From Clostridia bacterium (GTDB lineage: Bacteria; Bacillota; Clostridia; Oscillospirales; CAG-272): a stretch of DNA of 64,000 nucleotides. Of the stretch, positions 28,215 through 37,603 are shown piece by piece. A program made the position numbers and the translations under genes. Location: contig JAFULC010000055.1 of the NCBI GenBank assembly GCA_017483305.1, positions 2,835-66,834 on the forward strand, in the 5' to 3' direction. The number at the start of each line of letters is the position of its first letter. The first letter of the stretch is position 1. Under the pieces are notes generated by a model that was not told the origin of the DNA, searched no databases, and was given only the letters and a program-made list of their open reading frames with translations.

Positions 28215-28237
28215 CCCAAGAAACCACCTCCGCGCAC

Positions 28238-28253
28238 TGTTTCACGTAAAACA
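28238..28253. promoter_or_regulatory. parS site (15/16)
   Basis: TGTTTCACGTAAAACA. Confidence 0.75.
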
Positions 28254-28260
28254 CCACGCA

Positions 28261-28288
28261 AAAAGCCGCTTGTTACAGCGGCTTTTTT
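28261..28288 (-). terminator. terminator overlapping the rsmG stop codon
   Basis: aaaagccgct-tgttac-agcggctttt. The stop codon lies in the loop, and a U-run follows on the minus strand. Confidence 0.6.
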
Positions 28289-28998
28289 ACTATTTGGGCA
28301 TATTTTCTCGGATACTGCGTAGGGGTTTGGCTCGTTTTCTTATAAATCCTGATTTCTCGATCGATCTCCGTGCCGTCAAGTGCCAGCTTGTGCAAGAATG
28401 TCTCGGTCGGTGTCGCCCCAAGCTTTTTGATTCCATGCTCGGCTTCGCTCGCTTCGTCTATGCCTTTTTCGGATTTCATTGCTATAAACAGCCCACCAAC
28501 CTTAACAAAAGGAACGCACAGCTCCGACAAAACATTGAGCCTCGCAACAGCTCTGCTTGTGCAAACATCGAAGCTTTCGCGTTTGATTTCCGCATATTCT
28601 TCGGCCCTTGCACATATTGCATCAAGATTGCAGAGACCAAGCTTTTCCTTCGCCGTCAATACAAAATTGATCTTTTTTCCTGTGCTGTCAAGCGCAGTCA
28701 CTCGGGCGTCTTCGCGAAGGATCGCGATCGGCACAGACGGGAATCCGGCTCCACAGCCTACGTCCAAAACGAACGAATTGTCAGGAATGTGTTTGACAAC
28801 AGCCGCCGAATCCACGAAGTGCTTTAGTATTATGCCTTCTTCATCCGTAATTGCGGTAAGGTTTGTGTGCTTGTTCGTCTCTATGAGCAGATTCGCAAAG
28901 TCACAGAGCAGGTTTGCCGATCTTTCGCTGAGCAAATCCTTCATTTCGTTTTTTTCAAAGGCTTTATACAGTAAATCAATAAATGCGTTTCTTTCCAT
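28273..28998 (-). CDS. rsmG: 16S rRNA (guanine527-N7)-methyltransferase RsmG/GidB
   Basis: DVGCGAGFPSVPIA SAM motif, 241 aa, conserved position after mnmG. Confidence 0.9.
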   Translation of the reverse strand: MERNAFIDLLYKAFEKNEMKDLLSERSANLLCDFANLLIETNKHTNLTAITDEEGIILKHFVDSAAVVKHIPDNSFVLDVGCGAGFPSVPIAILREDARVTALDSTGKKINFVLTAKEKLGLCNLDAICARAEEYAEIKRESFDVCTSRAVARLNVLSELCVPFVKVGGLFIAMKSEKGIDEASEAEHGIKKLGATPTETFLHKLALDGTEIDREIRIYKKTSQTPTQYPRKYAQIVKKPL

Positions 28999-29005
28999 AC
29001 AAATC

Positions 29006-30889
29006 TCACTTTATTCCAAGATAAATAAGCAAAACAGAGATGTCAGCAGGGTTAACTCCGCTTATTCTGGATGCTTGACCCACGGTTAAAGGTCTTATCT
29101 TATCGAGCTTTTGTGCCGCCTCGATCCTCAATCCCTTTATTTCAAGATATTCAAGGTCTCTTGGCAGAGGCTTAGCCTCTATTTTTTCATATTTTTTGAC
29201 CTCGGCAAGCTGCCTTTTTACGTATCCGGCGTATTTTATGTCGGTGCTTGCAGTCAAAACAACGTCCTTTGGCAAAATTGGGCGGTCGACGTCAAGCTCC
29301 GCAATCTGATCATAATCAAAGTCGGGTCTCCTTATAAGATCGGCAAGCGAAACGCCCGATTTTGCAGGGTCTTGTCCTTTATTTACAAGGAATTCCGAGG
29401 CCTTTTCTTTGGAGATATACGTCGTCTCAAGACGTTCCTTTTCCTTTGCGATCGCATTTCTTTTTGCAAGGAATTTTTCATATTGTCTGTCACTCACAAG
29501 CCCTGCGCGCCTTCCGATCGGGGTAAGTCTTTCATCAGCGTTGTCCTGGCGCAAAAGCAACCTATATTCCGAGCGCGAGGTCATCATGCGGTAAGGCTCG
29601 TTAGTTCCTTTTGTTGTCAAGTCATCGATAAGCGTTCCGATATAGCTTTCCGACCTGCTAAGAACAACAGGATCTTCGCCCTTAGATCTCAACGCGGCGT
29701 TCATTCCGGCGATCAAGCCCTGCGCGGCAGCCTCCTCGTATCCCGAGGTTCCGTTGAACTGTCCTGCGCCGTAAAGACCCGAAACCCCTTTAAATTCAAG
29801 GGTTGCATAGAGCTGCGTGGGGTCTATGCAGTCATATTCGATCGCATACGCATATCTCATTATCTCGGCATTAGCAAAGCCGTCGAGCGAGCGCAGCATT
29901 TCGTACTGAACGGAGGTCGGCAGAGAAGTCGAAAAGCCCTGAATATACATCTCTTCAGTGTCCTCGCCAACCGGCTCGACGAAAAGCTGATGCCTTTCTT
30001 TGTCGGCAAATCTGACCAATTTGTCCTCTATCGACGGGCAATATCTCGGTCCCGTTCCGTGTATCTGACCCGAGTACATCGCCGAACGGTGAATGTTGTC
30101 ACGTATTATCTTGTGCGTTTGCGCGTTAGTATATACGATATAGCACGGAACATCTGTTCTGTTTTCAAAAAGAGCAGTATCTGTTTGCCACGAATAAGGC
30201 GTACATTCTTTCTCGCCCTCCTGAATCTCAAGCTGAGAGAAATCAATCGTGCTTTTTTTGACTCGTACGGGAGTTCCCGTCTTGAATCTCATCAGCCTTA
30301 TGCCGTTTTCGATCAGGGAATTTGAAAGCCGCTTCGCATCAAGAAGACCGTCAGGGCCTGCGGGATAGTTAACGTCACCCACGAATATTCTGCCGTTGAG
30401 AAAGGTTCCTCCGCAGATTATTGCCGCCTCGCAGCCCCAGATCTCTCCAAGGCTTGTCTTTACACCTACAATCCTTTTAGTATAAGGACTTTCAGCGCTT
30501 TCTTCTGTGATGATCTCGACGATCTCGGCTTGTATAAGGCGGAGATTGGGCGTCTTTTCGATCACCGATTTCATTATCTGCTGATACTTTCTTCTGTCTG
30601 CCTGAACGCGTTTGGAGTGTACCGCCGCGCCCTTGCCGAGATTCAACGTCCTCGACTGCAAAGTAACAAGGTCCGCAGAACGTCCCATCTCACCGCCAAG
30701 CGCATCGATCTCGTAAACCAGGTGTCCCTTCGCCGTGCCTCCGATAGACGGATTACACGGCATATTTGCAATACTGTCAAGCGACATAGTGAACAAAACC
30801 GTGTCCACGCCCATTCTCGCCGAAGCGAGCGCGGCTTCAACGCCCGCGTGTCCCGCACCGACTACAGCAACCTGTGTTTTAAGCTCCAT
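29006..30889 (-). CDS. mnmG: tRNA uridine-5-carboxymethylaminomethyl modification enzyme MnmG/GidA
   Basis: VVGAGHAGVEAALASARMG FAD motif, GPRYCPSIEDK. 627 aa. Confidence 0.95.
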   Translation of the reverse strand: MELKTQVAVVGAGHAGVEAALASARMGVDTVLFTMSLDSIANMPCNPSIGGTAKGHLVYEIDALGGEMGRSADLVTLQSRTLNLGKGAAVHSKRVQADRRKYQQIMKSVIEKTPNLRLIQAEIVEIITEESAESPYTKRIVGVKTSLGEIWGCEAAIICGGTFLNGRIFVGDVNYPAGPDGLLDAKRLSNSLIENGIRLMRFKTGTPVRVKKSTIDFSQLEIQEGEKECTPYSWQTDTALFENRTDVPCYIVYTNAQTHKIIRDNIHRSAMYSGQIHGTGPRYCPSIEDKLVRFADKERHQLFVEPVGEDTEEMYIQGFSTSLPTSVQYEMLRSLDGFANAEIMRYAYAIEYDCIDPTQLYATLEFKGVSGLYGAGQFNGTSGYEEAAAQGLIAGMNAALRSKGEDPVVLSRSESYIGTLIDDLTTKGTNEPYRMMTSRSEYRLLLRQDNADERLTPIGRRAGLVSDRQYEKFLAKRNAIAKEKERLETTYISKEKASEFLVNKGQDPAKSGVSLADLIRRPDFDYDQIAELDVDRPILPKDVVLTASTDIKYAGYVKRQLAEVKKYEKIEAKPLPRDLEYLEIKGLRIEAAQKLDKIRPLTVGQASRISGVNPADISVLLIYLGIK

Positions 30890-32130
30890 CAGTCCACCTT
30901 AGAAAGATAGCTTTCTTGCTCAGCGGTAAGCTTGTCTATCTCAATATTCATCGTCTTAAGCTTGAGCTGTGCGACCGCGCGATCGGTCTCCGCAGGCACG
31001 GCGTAAAGCTTCTTTTCGAGCCTTCCGCGGTTTTTTGCAAGATATTCAAGCGATTTTGCCTGAATTGCAAAGCTCATATCCATAATCTCGGCAGGGTGAC
31101 CGTTTCCTGCGGCAAGATTGACAAGTCGACCCTCCGCAAGAAGATTTATTATTCTGCCGTCCGCCATTTCGTAGCCCTTGATGTTGGGCTTTCTGTTCCA
31201 CGTGCGGACCGACATTTCTTCAAGCTGGTTTTTATTGATCTCCACGTCAAAATGACCGCTGTTTGCAAGCAGAACGCCATCCTTCATAACAGAGAAATGC
31301 TTGTCGGTAATGACGTCGGCGCATCCCGTAAGAGTGACGAAAATGTCACCTATCTTCGCCGCCTCATCCATAGGCATTACCGTAAATCCGTCCATTACTG
31401 CCTCGATCGCCTTGATGGGATCGATCTCAGTGATCACGACCACCGCACCCATGCCCTTGGCTCTCATCGCAAGACCCTTTCCGCACCAGCCGTAGCCTGC
31501 GATAACAAAGGTTTTTCCTGCTATCATAAGGTTTGTAGAGTTCATGATACCGTCAAGAGTGGACTGTCCCGTGCCGTATCTGTTGTCGAACAAATGTTTG
31601 CAGTCGGCGTCGTTTACGTCGATCATTGTGTAGTCGAGAAGTCCCGCCTTCTCTCGTGCGATCAGTCTGTGAACTCCAGTAGTCGTCTCCTCGCAGCCGC
31701 CGATGAGATTTTTGCCGTATTCGCGGTATTCGCCGTGCAGAAGGCTCATAAGATCTCCGCCGTCGTCGATCAGAAGATCGGGGGCAAACGAGATCGTATT
31801 TATAAGATCCCTTGTATATCCCTCCGCATCGGTTCTGTGTATCGCGTTTACCTCAAAGCCCTCGTGGACAAGAGCCGCCGCAACGTCGTCCTGAGTGGAC
31901 AGGGGATTGCATCCCGTAACGCGCACCTGCGCACCGCCTGCGCGCAAGATCTTTGCAAGATTTGCAGTCTTCGCTTCAAGATGGATAGACATCGAGATCT
32001 TGAGTCCCGCAAACGGCTGTGTTTTTTTGAATTCCTCCTCAATGGTAGAGAGCAGGGGCATATAGGAACGCACCCATTCAATCTTGTCTCTGCCTGATTC
32101 CCAGAGGCTTATATCCTTGATATTGCTCAT
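30889..32130 (-). CDS. ahcY: adenosylhomocysteinase
   Basis: SMSIHLEAKTANL, an NAD-binding GYGWCGKG motif, HFDVEI. 413 aa. Its TGA overlaps the mnmG ATG (ATGA). Confidence 0.9.
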   Translation of the reverse strand: MSNIKDISLWESGRDKIEWVRSYMPLLSTIEEEFKKTQPFAGLKISMSIHLEAKTANLAKILRAGGAQVRVTGCNPLSTQDDVAAALVHEGFEVNAIHRTDAEGYTRDLINTISFAPDLLIDDGGDLMSLLHGEYREYGKNLIGGCEETTTGVHRLIAREKAGLLDYTMIDVNDADCKHLFDNRYGTGQSTLDGIMNSTNLMIAGKTFVIAGYGWCGKGLAMRAKGMGAVVVITEIDPIKAIEAVMDGFTVMPMDEAAKIGDIFVTLTGCADVITDKHFSVMKDGVLLANSGHFDVEINKNQLEEMSVRTWNRKPNIKGYEMADGRIINLLAEGRLVNLAAGNGHPAEIMDMSFAIQAKSLEYLAKNRGRLEKKLYAVPAETDRAVAQLKLKTMNIEIDKLTAEQESYLSKVD

Positions 32131-32170
32131 AATCGTCTCCTACTTATAAGTGCATATTTTCACAAATACT

Positions 32171-32199
32171 ATTTTATCAAAAAAACCTCGCCTCGTCAA
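32171..32199 (-). promoter_or_regulatory. SigA-type promoter of ahcY-mnmG
   Basis: Minus strand TTGACG (32199-32194), 17 nt, TAAAAT (32176-32171). Confidence 0.5.
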
Positions 32200-32365
32200 G
32201 TGGTTTGCGCCAAATATCAAAAAACACCCGAAGCACACACAAAAATCAAGGTTTGTACGCCTTTTTTGAGTATGTGTTCATTGGTAGTTTACAAATCGGT
32301 GTTATAATGCAATATGTATGCTTACTTTGATTTAATTAAACTGTAAAAGGAACGGTCAGAATCTG

Positions 32366-33463
32366 ATGATTAAAATCGAACGGTTAACCAAAAACTACGG
32401 CTCCAATTGCGCCGTGGACGACATAAGCTTTGAGATTGAAAAGGGAGAGACTGTCGGCTTTCTCGGTCCGAACGGAGCCGGAAAGAGTACGACAATGAAC
32501 ATCCTGACAGGATATCTGTCGGCATCGGCAGGCAGAGTTTCGATCGACGGAATAGACATCCTCGCCGACCCCATCGGAGCAAAAAGGCTTATCGGATATC
32601 TTCCCGAGCAGCCTCCCGTGTATCTCGATATGACGGTCGACGAATACCTTAAGTTCAACTACGAGCTCAAGGGCTGTACGATCGAGCGCGAGCCTCACCT
32701 TGCGGAAATTTGCGAGGTAGTTAAGATCTCGCACGTCAGAAAGAGACTTATCCGCAATCTTTCAAAGGGATACAGACAGAGAGTCGGAGTCGCACAGGCA
32801 CTTATCGGCAACCCACCTGTAATCATATTCGACGAGCCCACGGTCGGCCTCGACCCCAAGCAGATAATCGAGATCAGAAGCCTTATCCGCTCGCTCGGAA
32901 AGGACCATACCGTGCTTCTTTCCACACACATTCTGCAAGAGGTTCAGGCGGTCTGCGACCGAATAATCATCATCAACAAGGGTAAGATCGTTGCGGACGA
33001 GAAGACCGAGAACATCACCCGTGTCGTTGAGGGCAACAGAAGATTCAACGTCAAGATCTGCGGACCGCAAAGAGACGTGCTTGACACGCTCAAGGCCCTG
33101 CCCGGAATCTCCTACGTCGAGCTGCTCGCCCAGAAGGATGGCGACGCTTGCACTTATATGGTAGAGAGCGAATTCGGAGTTGACGTCCGCAAAAAGCTTT
33201 TCTACACCGTCGCCGAGCGCGGTTGGGCAATAATCGGGCTTGAATCCTTGGGAATGAGCCTCGAGGACATCTTTATAACCGTCGTAAACAAGACCGAAGA
33301 GGATATACCCGCCGAGTCGGGCAAGCGCAACAAGCCAAGCGCACCGAAGCGATCCAGACGCACAAGAAACACTCTTGAAAACGATCTTGCGGATACTCTT
33401 GTCAAGGATGCCGAGCAGAGAAGAGCCGAGGCAGCCGACGAGGTTATCGACGAGGACATCTAA
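32366..33463 (+). CDS. ABC transporter ATP-binding protein (ABC-2/GldA-like) with C-terminal domain and charged tail
   Basis: Walker A GPNGAGKST, signature-like LSKGYRQR, Walker B IIFDEPTVGLD. An extra ~140 aa ends in a basic then acidic tail. Confidence 0.85.
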   Translation: MIKIERLTKNYGSNCAVDDISFEIEKGETVGFLGPNGAGKSTTMNILTGYLSASAGRVSIDGIDILADPIGAKRLIGYLPEQPPVYLDMTVDEYLKFNYELKGCTIEREPHLAEICEVVKISHVRKRLIRNLSKGYRQRVGVAQALIGNPPVIIFDEPTVGLDPKQIIEIRSLIRSLGKDHTVLLSTHILQEVQAVCDRIIIINKGKIVADEKTENITRVVEGNRRFNVKICGPQRDVLDTLKALPGISYVELLAQKDGDACTYMVESEFGVDVRKKLFYTVAERGWAIIGLESLGMSLEDIFITVVNKTEEDIPAESGKRNKPSAPKRSRRTRNTLENDLADTLVKDAEQRRAEAADEVIDEDI

Positions 33464-33486
33464 AAACAACTGAAAGGGCAAAAAAC

Positions 33487-34233
33487 ATGCTTGCTATTTA
33501 TAAAAAGGAATTGCGCTCTTATTTTACAAACCCGCTGGGATTTGTTTTCGTGGGAATCTTTCTCGCAGTCTCCGCGCTTCTTTTCTCTTATACTACTTTC
33601 CTTGCTAAAACGTACGATACCTCATCGTACTTTCTTCTGATGATATTCGTTCTTGTGATCCTGCTTCCTCTGCTCACAATGCGACTTTTCGCCGAGGAGA
33701 AGAAGCTTCGCACCGAGCAGCTGCTTCTGACCGCACCGATTTCGCTTACGGGAATGGTTCTTGGAAAATTTTTCGCGGCATTTACGATGTTTTTCGGATG
33801 TATGCTGGTATCCTGCATCAATTTCATACCCTTGTACGCAATAGCAGCGGCGGAAAGAGGCAATCTTTCCTATTCGACCACCTACGTAGGTCCCGTAACA
33901 GCGCAGATCGTGGGCTGTATGATCGCTATCGTGCTTATCGGCGCGGCGTTCATCGCTCTCGGAACGCTTATCTCCACCCTGACCGAAAATCAGCTTGCCG
34001 CGGCAATAATCACCATGGCGGCAATATTCGGACTTATATTCACGAGTCTTATCTCCTCGTTCGTTCCTGTTGCTTGGATCAGAACCGCTCTCAACTGGAT
34101 CTCGGTGCTTGGCAGATTTTCAAATCTCTCCAAGGGTGTGTTTGACATCTCCACCGTCGTTTATTATCTGTCGCTGACCTTCGCGTTCCTTTTCCTCACC
34201 GTCCGCGTTTACGAAAAGCGCCGTTGGAATTGA
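33487..34233 (+). CDS. ABC-2 type permease (GldF-like)
   Basis: 248 aa, 6 TM helices, N-terminal KKELRSYFTNPLGFVF typical of ABC-2 exporter permeases. Confidence 0.8.
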   Translation: MLAIYKKELRSYFTNPLGFVFVGIFLAVSALLFSYTTFLAKTYDTSSYFLLMIFVLVILLPLLTMRLFAEEKKLRTEQLLLTAPISLTGMVLGKFFAAFTMFFGCMLVSCINFIPLYAIAAAERGNLSYSTTYVGPVTAQIVGCMIAIVLIGAAFIALGTLISTLTENQLAAAIITMAAIFGLIFTSLISSFVPVAWIRTALNWISVLGRFSNLSKGVFDISTVVYYLSLTFAFLFLTVRVYEKRRWN

Positions 34234-34259
34234 CCGTTTGAGGTTTTTGAGGTGTTCAG

Positions 34260-35825
34260 ATGAAAAAATTTATCAAAAGCCGAAGATTGCGGTACGGAAG
34301 CACCGCAACGGTGGTAACCTTGCTTGCGCTGGCGCTTGTTGTGATCCTCAACGTGATCCTTTCAACGCTTGCGGGCCGTTACTCGTGGATGTATAAAAAC
34401 ATGAACGTTTCCTACGTGTACGACGTCAGCGAAAACTGCAAAAGCTACGTTGCCGAGCACGTTATCACCGCAATAGACGAGACCAACGAAAAGCTTGAGG
34501 CAAACGGACAAGCCCCTGAGAAGATCACAGTCATATTCTGCGACGAGGAAGAGAATATTATCGCGGAAACGACACAAAAATACGTTCTTGACTCGGTGCT
34601 CGAGCTTTGCCGGCTTTTCGACGGATACATTGAGGTTGAATTTCTTAACGTTTGGGAAAATCCGTCGCTTGCGCGCTCCTACGGAGTTACGGCAACCACC
34701 GACGTTGTCTGCTCGTTTAACGGCAACCACAAGGTAATAAGCCTTACCGATTTTTATATTCTCGATTCTTATAACTCTACGACCGTAACCGCATATAACG
34801 GCGAGAAGGTGCTTGCATCGAGCCTTATGTTCGTCACGCAAAAAGATACTCCTGTGTGCTATTTCACCGCGAATCACGGCGAGACTATGGACGATTACGA
34901 GTTTTTGAGAGCAGTGATCGAGGCGGGATATGCGATCAGCTATCTCGATCTTTCCACCGAAGAGATCCCCGACGACTGCAATCTGCTCGTAACCTTTGAT
35001 CCCAAGCAGGATCTTATCGTCTCAGACAACGTCTCGGCATCATCCGAGGTCGACAAGCTGAACGAATATATGAACAACGGCGGCAAGTATATGATCTTCC
35101 TCTCGGCAGACACCTTTGTCTCGGGTGCGAGAGAAAACCTCGAGGGCTTTATGGCAGATTGGGGCATTGAGTATCAGCACGAGACAGGCTCCGACGGAGT
35201 CGAGAATTGCTATATGATCAAGGACCCGAGCCATTCCTTGTCGGTTGACGGGTATACTGTCCTTGCCGAAAAGGCAATGGCCGGACTCGGTGCAGAAATA
35301 TTCTCCGATATCGACGCGGCAAGTGCGTTTGGCAACACGACTTGCATTGGCTTTGCAGACGGATTTGAGTCCGACGGGAAGGGCAATTACACCAAAATAG
35401 TCGGCAATAAAACGAGAACAGCAAGCCCCTTGATGACCACGTATGCCTCAGCAGAGGCATGGGCGGGCGGCAGAGCCGTAGCAAGAGCGGCCGAGGATCC
35501 CTTTGTTCTGATGGCTATATCTACCCAGAGCTGTGACAACGGCGAGCAGGCTTGCCTTGTTGCCACGGCATCCACGGATTTTGCAAAGGGCGACTCGTTG
35601 AAATCCGCGGCATTGAGCAACAACTCCGCCCTCACTTACGTTTTCAGGCACATGGGTATGGATAAAGCACCCGTCAATCTGACCGTCAAGACGTTTGGAA
35701 GCACTGACATCGAAAGCTTGCCTACAAGCAGAGCAAACACTCTGACCGTGCTTCTGACAGTCATTCCCGCAGTCGCATGCACCGGTGTGGGTATCTTTGT
35801 TCTCGTAAGGAGAAAATATTTATGA
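34260..35825 (+). CDS. GldG-like ABC-transport auxiliary protein, copy 1
   Basis: 521 aa with N- and C-terminal TM anchors and a large extracytoplasmic domain. ANHGE motif; ends VRRKYL. Confidence 0.7.
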   Translation: MKKFIKSRRLRYGSTATVVTLLALALVVILNVILSTLAGRYSWMYKNMNVSYVYDVSENCKSYVAEHVITAIDETNEKLEANGQAPEKITVIFCDEEENIIAETTQKYVLDSVLELCRLFDGYIEVEFLNVWENPSLARSYGVTATTDVVCSFNGNHKVISLTDFYILDSYNSTTVTAYNGEKVLASSLMFVTQKDTPVCYFTANHGETMDDYEFLRAVIEAGYAISYLDLSTEEIPDDCNLLVTFDPKQDLIVSDNVSASSEVDKLNEYMNNGGKYMIFLSADTFVSGARENLEGFMADWGIEYQHETGSDGVENCYMIKDPSHSLSVDGYTVLAEKAMAGLGAEIFSDIDAASAFGNTTCIGFADGFESDGKGNYTKIVGNKTRTASPLMTTYASAEAWAGGRAVARAAEDPFVLMAISTQSCDNGEQACLVATASTDFAKGDSLKSAALSNNSALTYVFRHMGMDKAPVNLTVKTFGSTDIESLPTSRANTLTVLLTVIPAVACTGVGIFVLVRRKYL

Positions 35826-35862
35826 TAACTTGCAAGTCCAACGGAAAGGAGGACACTGTGTG

Positions 35863-37566
35863 ATGAAAAAACAAGAAGATCAGAATAGCAACGCCACGTA
35901 TATACGCAAAAGCCCCAAAAGGCTTTCCGTGATAACCGCGGCTGTAGTTCTTGCGATCATAGTTTTGAATATACTGTTCTCCACCATCGGCGACGGGCAG
36001 ATGCTTTATGTAGACTTAAGCCGCGCGCGTTACAAGAGTAGCGAGTCTAATATGTACACTTTGTCCGACGATTGTAGCGATATGATCGCAGACCGTGTCA
36101 TTCCTATGATCGATCAGGTCAACAAGGAAAGGGAGAGCAGGGGAGAGGAGCCCATAAAGCTCAACATCGTCTTCTGCTCTGATAGAGATATTCTTGAAAA
36201 GGACGGTCTGACGAGATACGTCAGCTATACCGCTCGCGCGATCGAGAAAAATTTTCCCAATCACGTCAACGTGCAGTATATAAACATCGCGACAAATCCG
36301 TCGTCTGTTCAAAAATACAAGGTCAACTCGGCGGCAACCCTTTATAATTCCGACGTTATAGTAGAATTCGGCTCGGAATATCTCGTTCAGGGAATAAATG
36401 CCTTCTACTACACCGAGGACACCGAGGACAAGCCCTGGGCATATAACGGCGAGCAGAGGCTGACCGCAATGATAATGTCGGTTACAAGAGTCGAGTCCCC
36501 TATTTGCTGTCTTACTACCAATCACGGAGAGACCTTGTTTGACGGCAACGGTAATATTAAGGATAAATATTCCACGTTCATCTCGCTTATCGAGAGCGCG
36601 GGATATACCGTGCAGCTTCTCGACCTTGAAAAAGAGGATATACCCGAGGAGTGCAGAATGATAGTAACCTTCGATCCCACCGAGGATTACAGGGCGTTCG
36701 GTGAGCTTACCGAGGGCGAAAAATCCGAGATCGAGAAGCTCGACAAGTATCTCGACGGTTCAAATTCCTTCTTCTATATCTGCAACCCCGACACACCCGT
36801 CTTAAAAAACCTCGAGGAATACCTTGAGGAGTGGGGAGTCGCTGTCAGCAGAGACGAAAGCAATCACAATTACGTCATAGAGGACCGTGTCAACTGCATG
36901 GACGGCGGCACGGGAAGCATTGTTCTCGGAAACTACGCGACCGCAGGTCTTGGCGCGACCTTGACCGAGGATATGCGCAAGAGTGCTTATCCCGCAAAGG
37001 TTGTTTTCGGCAATTCCACGGCGATCTCCCCCGCGGACAACTATATCAAGAGATTTGCCACCGCCACCGATACCACGCCCGCATACGAATATTACGGTTA
37101 CCACAAAAACGGCGTTTCGCGCACTATGCTGGATGTTTTCACCTCGTATAATACCGCAACTGCGTTTGCAGGCGGAAAGCAGTACGAGATCGCAACAGAT
37201 TCGCACCTTTTCAAGCTTATGACAATAACTCACGAGCCAAAGCAGGTTCAGGAAAGCAATCTCACGTCAATAACGCAATCATCCTACGTTCTGGCTCTCG
37301 GATCTACCGAATTTCTCTCCAACGAGGTGCTCGATTCCACCGCATACGGCAATACCGACGTTATCTTGTCGGCTTTGAGAAACACGAGCAACGAAACGGT
37401 TGCAACGAATCTTGCACTCAAGGGAATCTACGTCTACGAGGTCACGGATACCTTCGCGTATAGGGCGTGCAAGCCTACAGTCTGGCTCTATTGTCTGACG
37501 CTTATCCCGCCCGTGCTGATATTCGTGGCAGGCACCGTTATCACGATCCGCAGAAAATACAGATAA
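35863..37566 (+). CDS. GldG-like ABC-transport auxiliary protein, copy 2
   Basis: 567 aa, same topology. Motifs are parallel between copy 2 and copy 1: TNHGE vs ANHGE, IVTFDPTEDY vs LVTFDPKQDL. Ends IRRKYR. Start ATG 35863 with AGGAGG upstream. Confidence 0.7.
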   Translation: MKKQEDQNSNATYIRKSPKRLSVITAAVVLAIIVLNILFSTIGDGQMLYVDLSRARYKSSESNMYTLSDDCSDMIADRVIPMIDQVNKERESRGEEPIKLNIVFCSDRDILEKDGLTRYVSYTARAIEKNFPNHVNVQYINIATNPSSVQKYKVNSAATLYNSDVIVEFGSEYLVQGINAFYYTEDTEDKPWAYNGEQRLTAMIMSVTRVESPICCLTTNHGETLFDGNGNIKDKYSTFISLIESAGYTVQLLDLEKEDIPEECRMIVTFDPTEDYRAFGELTEGEKSEIEKLDKYLDGSNSFFYICNPDTPVLKNLEEYLEEWGVAVSRDESNHNYVIEDRVNCMDGGTGSIVLGNYATAGLGATLTEDMRKSAYPAKVVFGNSTAISPADNYIKRFATATDTTPAYEYYGYHKNGVSRTMLDVFTSYNTATAFAGGKQYEIATDSHLFKLMTITHEPKQVQESNLTSITQSSYVLALGSTEFLSNEVLDSTAYGNTDVILSALRNTSNETVATNLALKGIYVYEVTDTFAYRACKPTVWLYCLTLIPPVLIFVAGTVITIRRKYR

Positions 37567-37603
37567 CTACGCGCAAAAATTTTTCCAATCAGGATTACAA
37601 ATT

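Larger units (their letters stand above)
28176..28253. repeat. 2 x 39-bp tandem duplication, each unit carrying one parS
   Basis: cccaagaaGccacctccgcgcactgtttcacgtGaaaca followed by the same unit with two substitutions. Confidence 0.9.

Noticed and set aside
28072-28827. 251-aa plus-strand ORF (and 28137-28322) spanning the soj-rsmG intergenic region
   Set aside because: It runs through the parS array and antisense to rsmG. The repeated peptide (RALFHVKH...) is just the translated 39-bp parS duplication.
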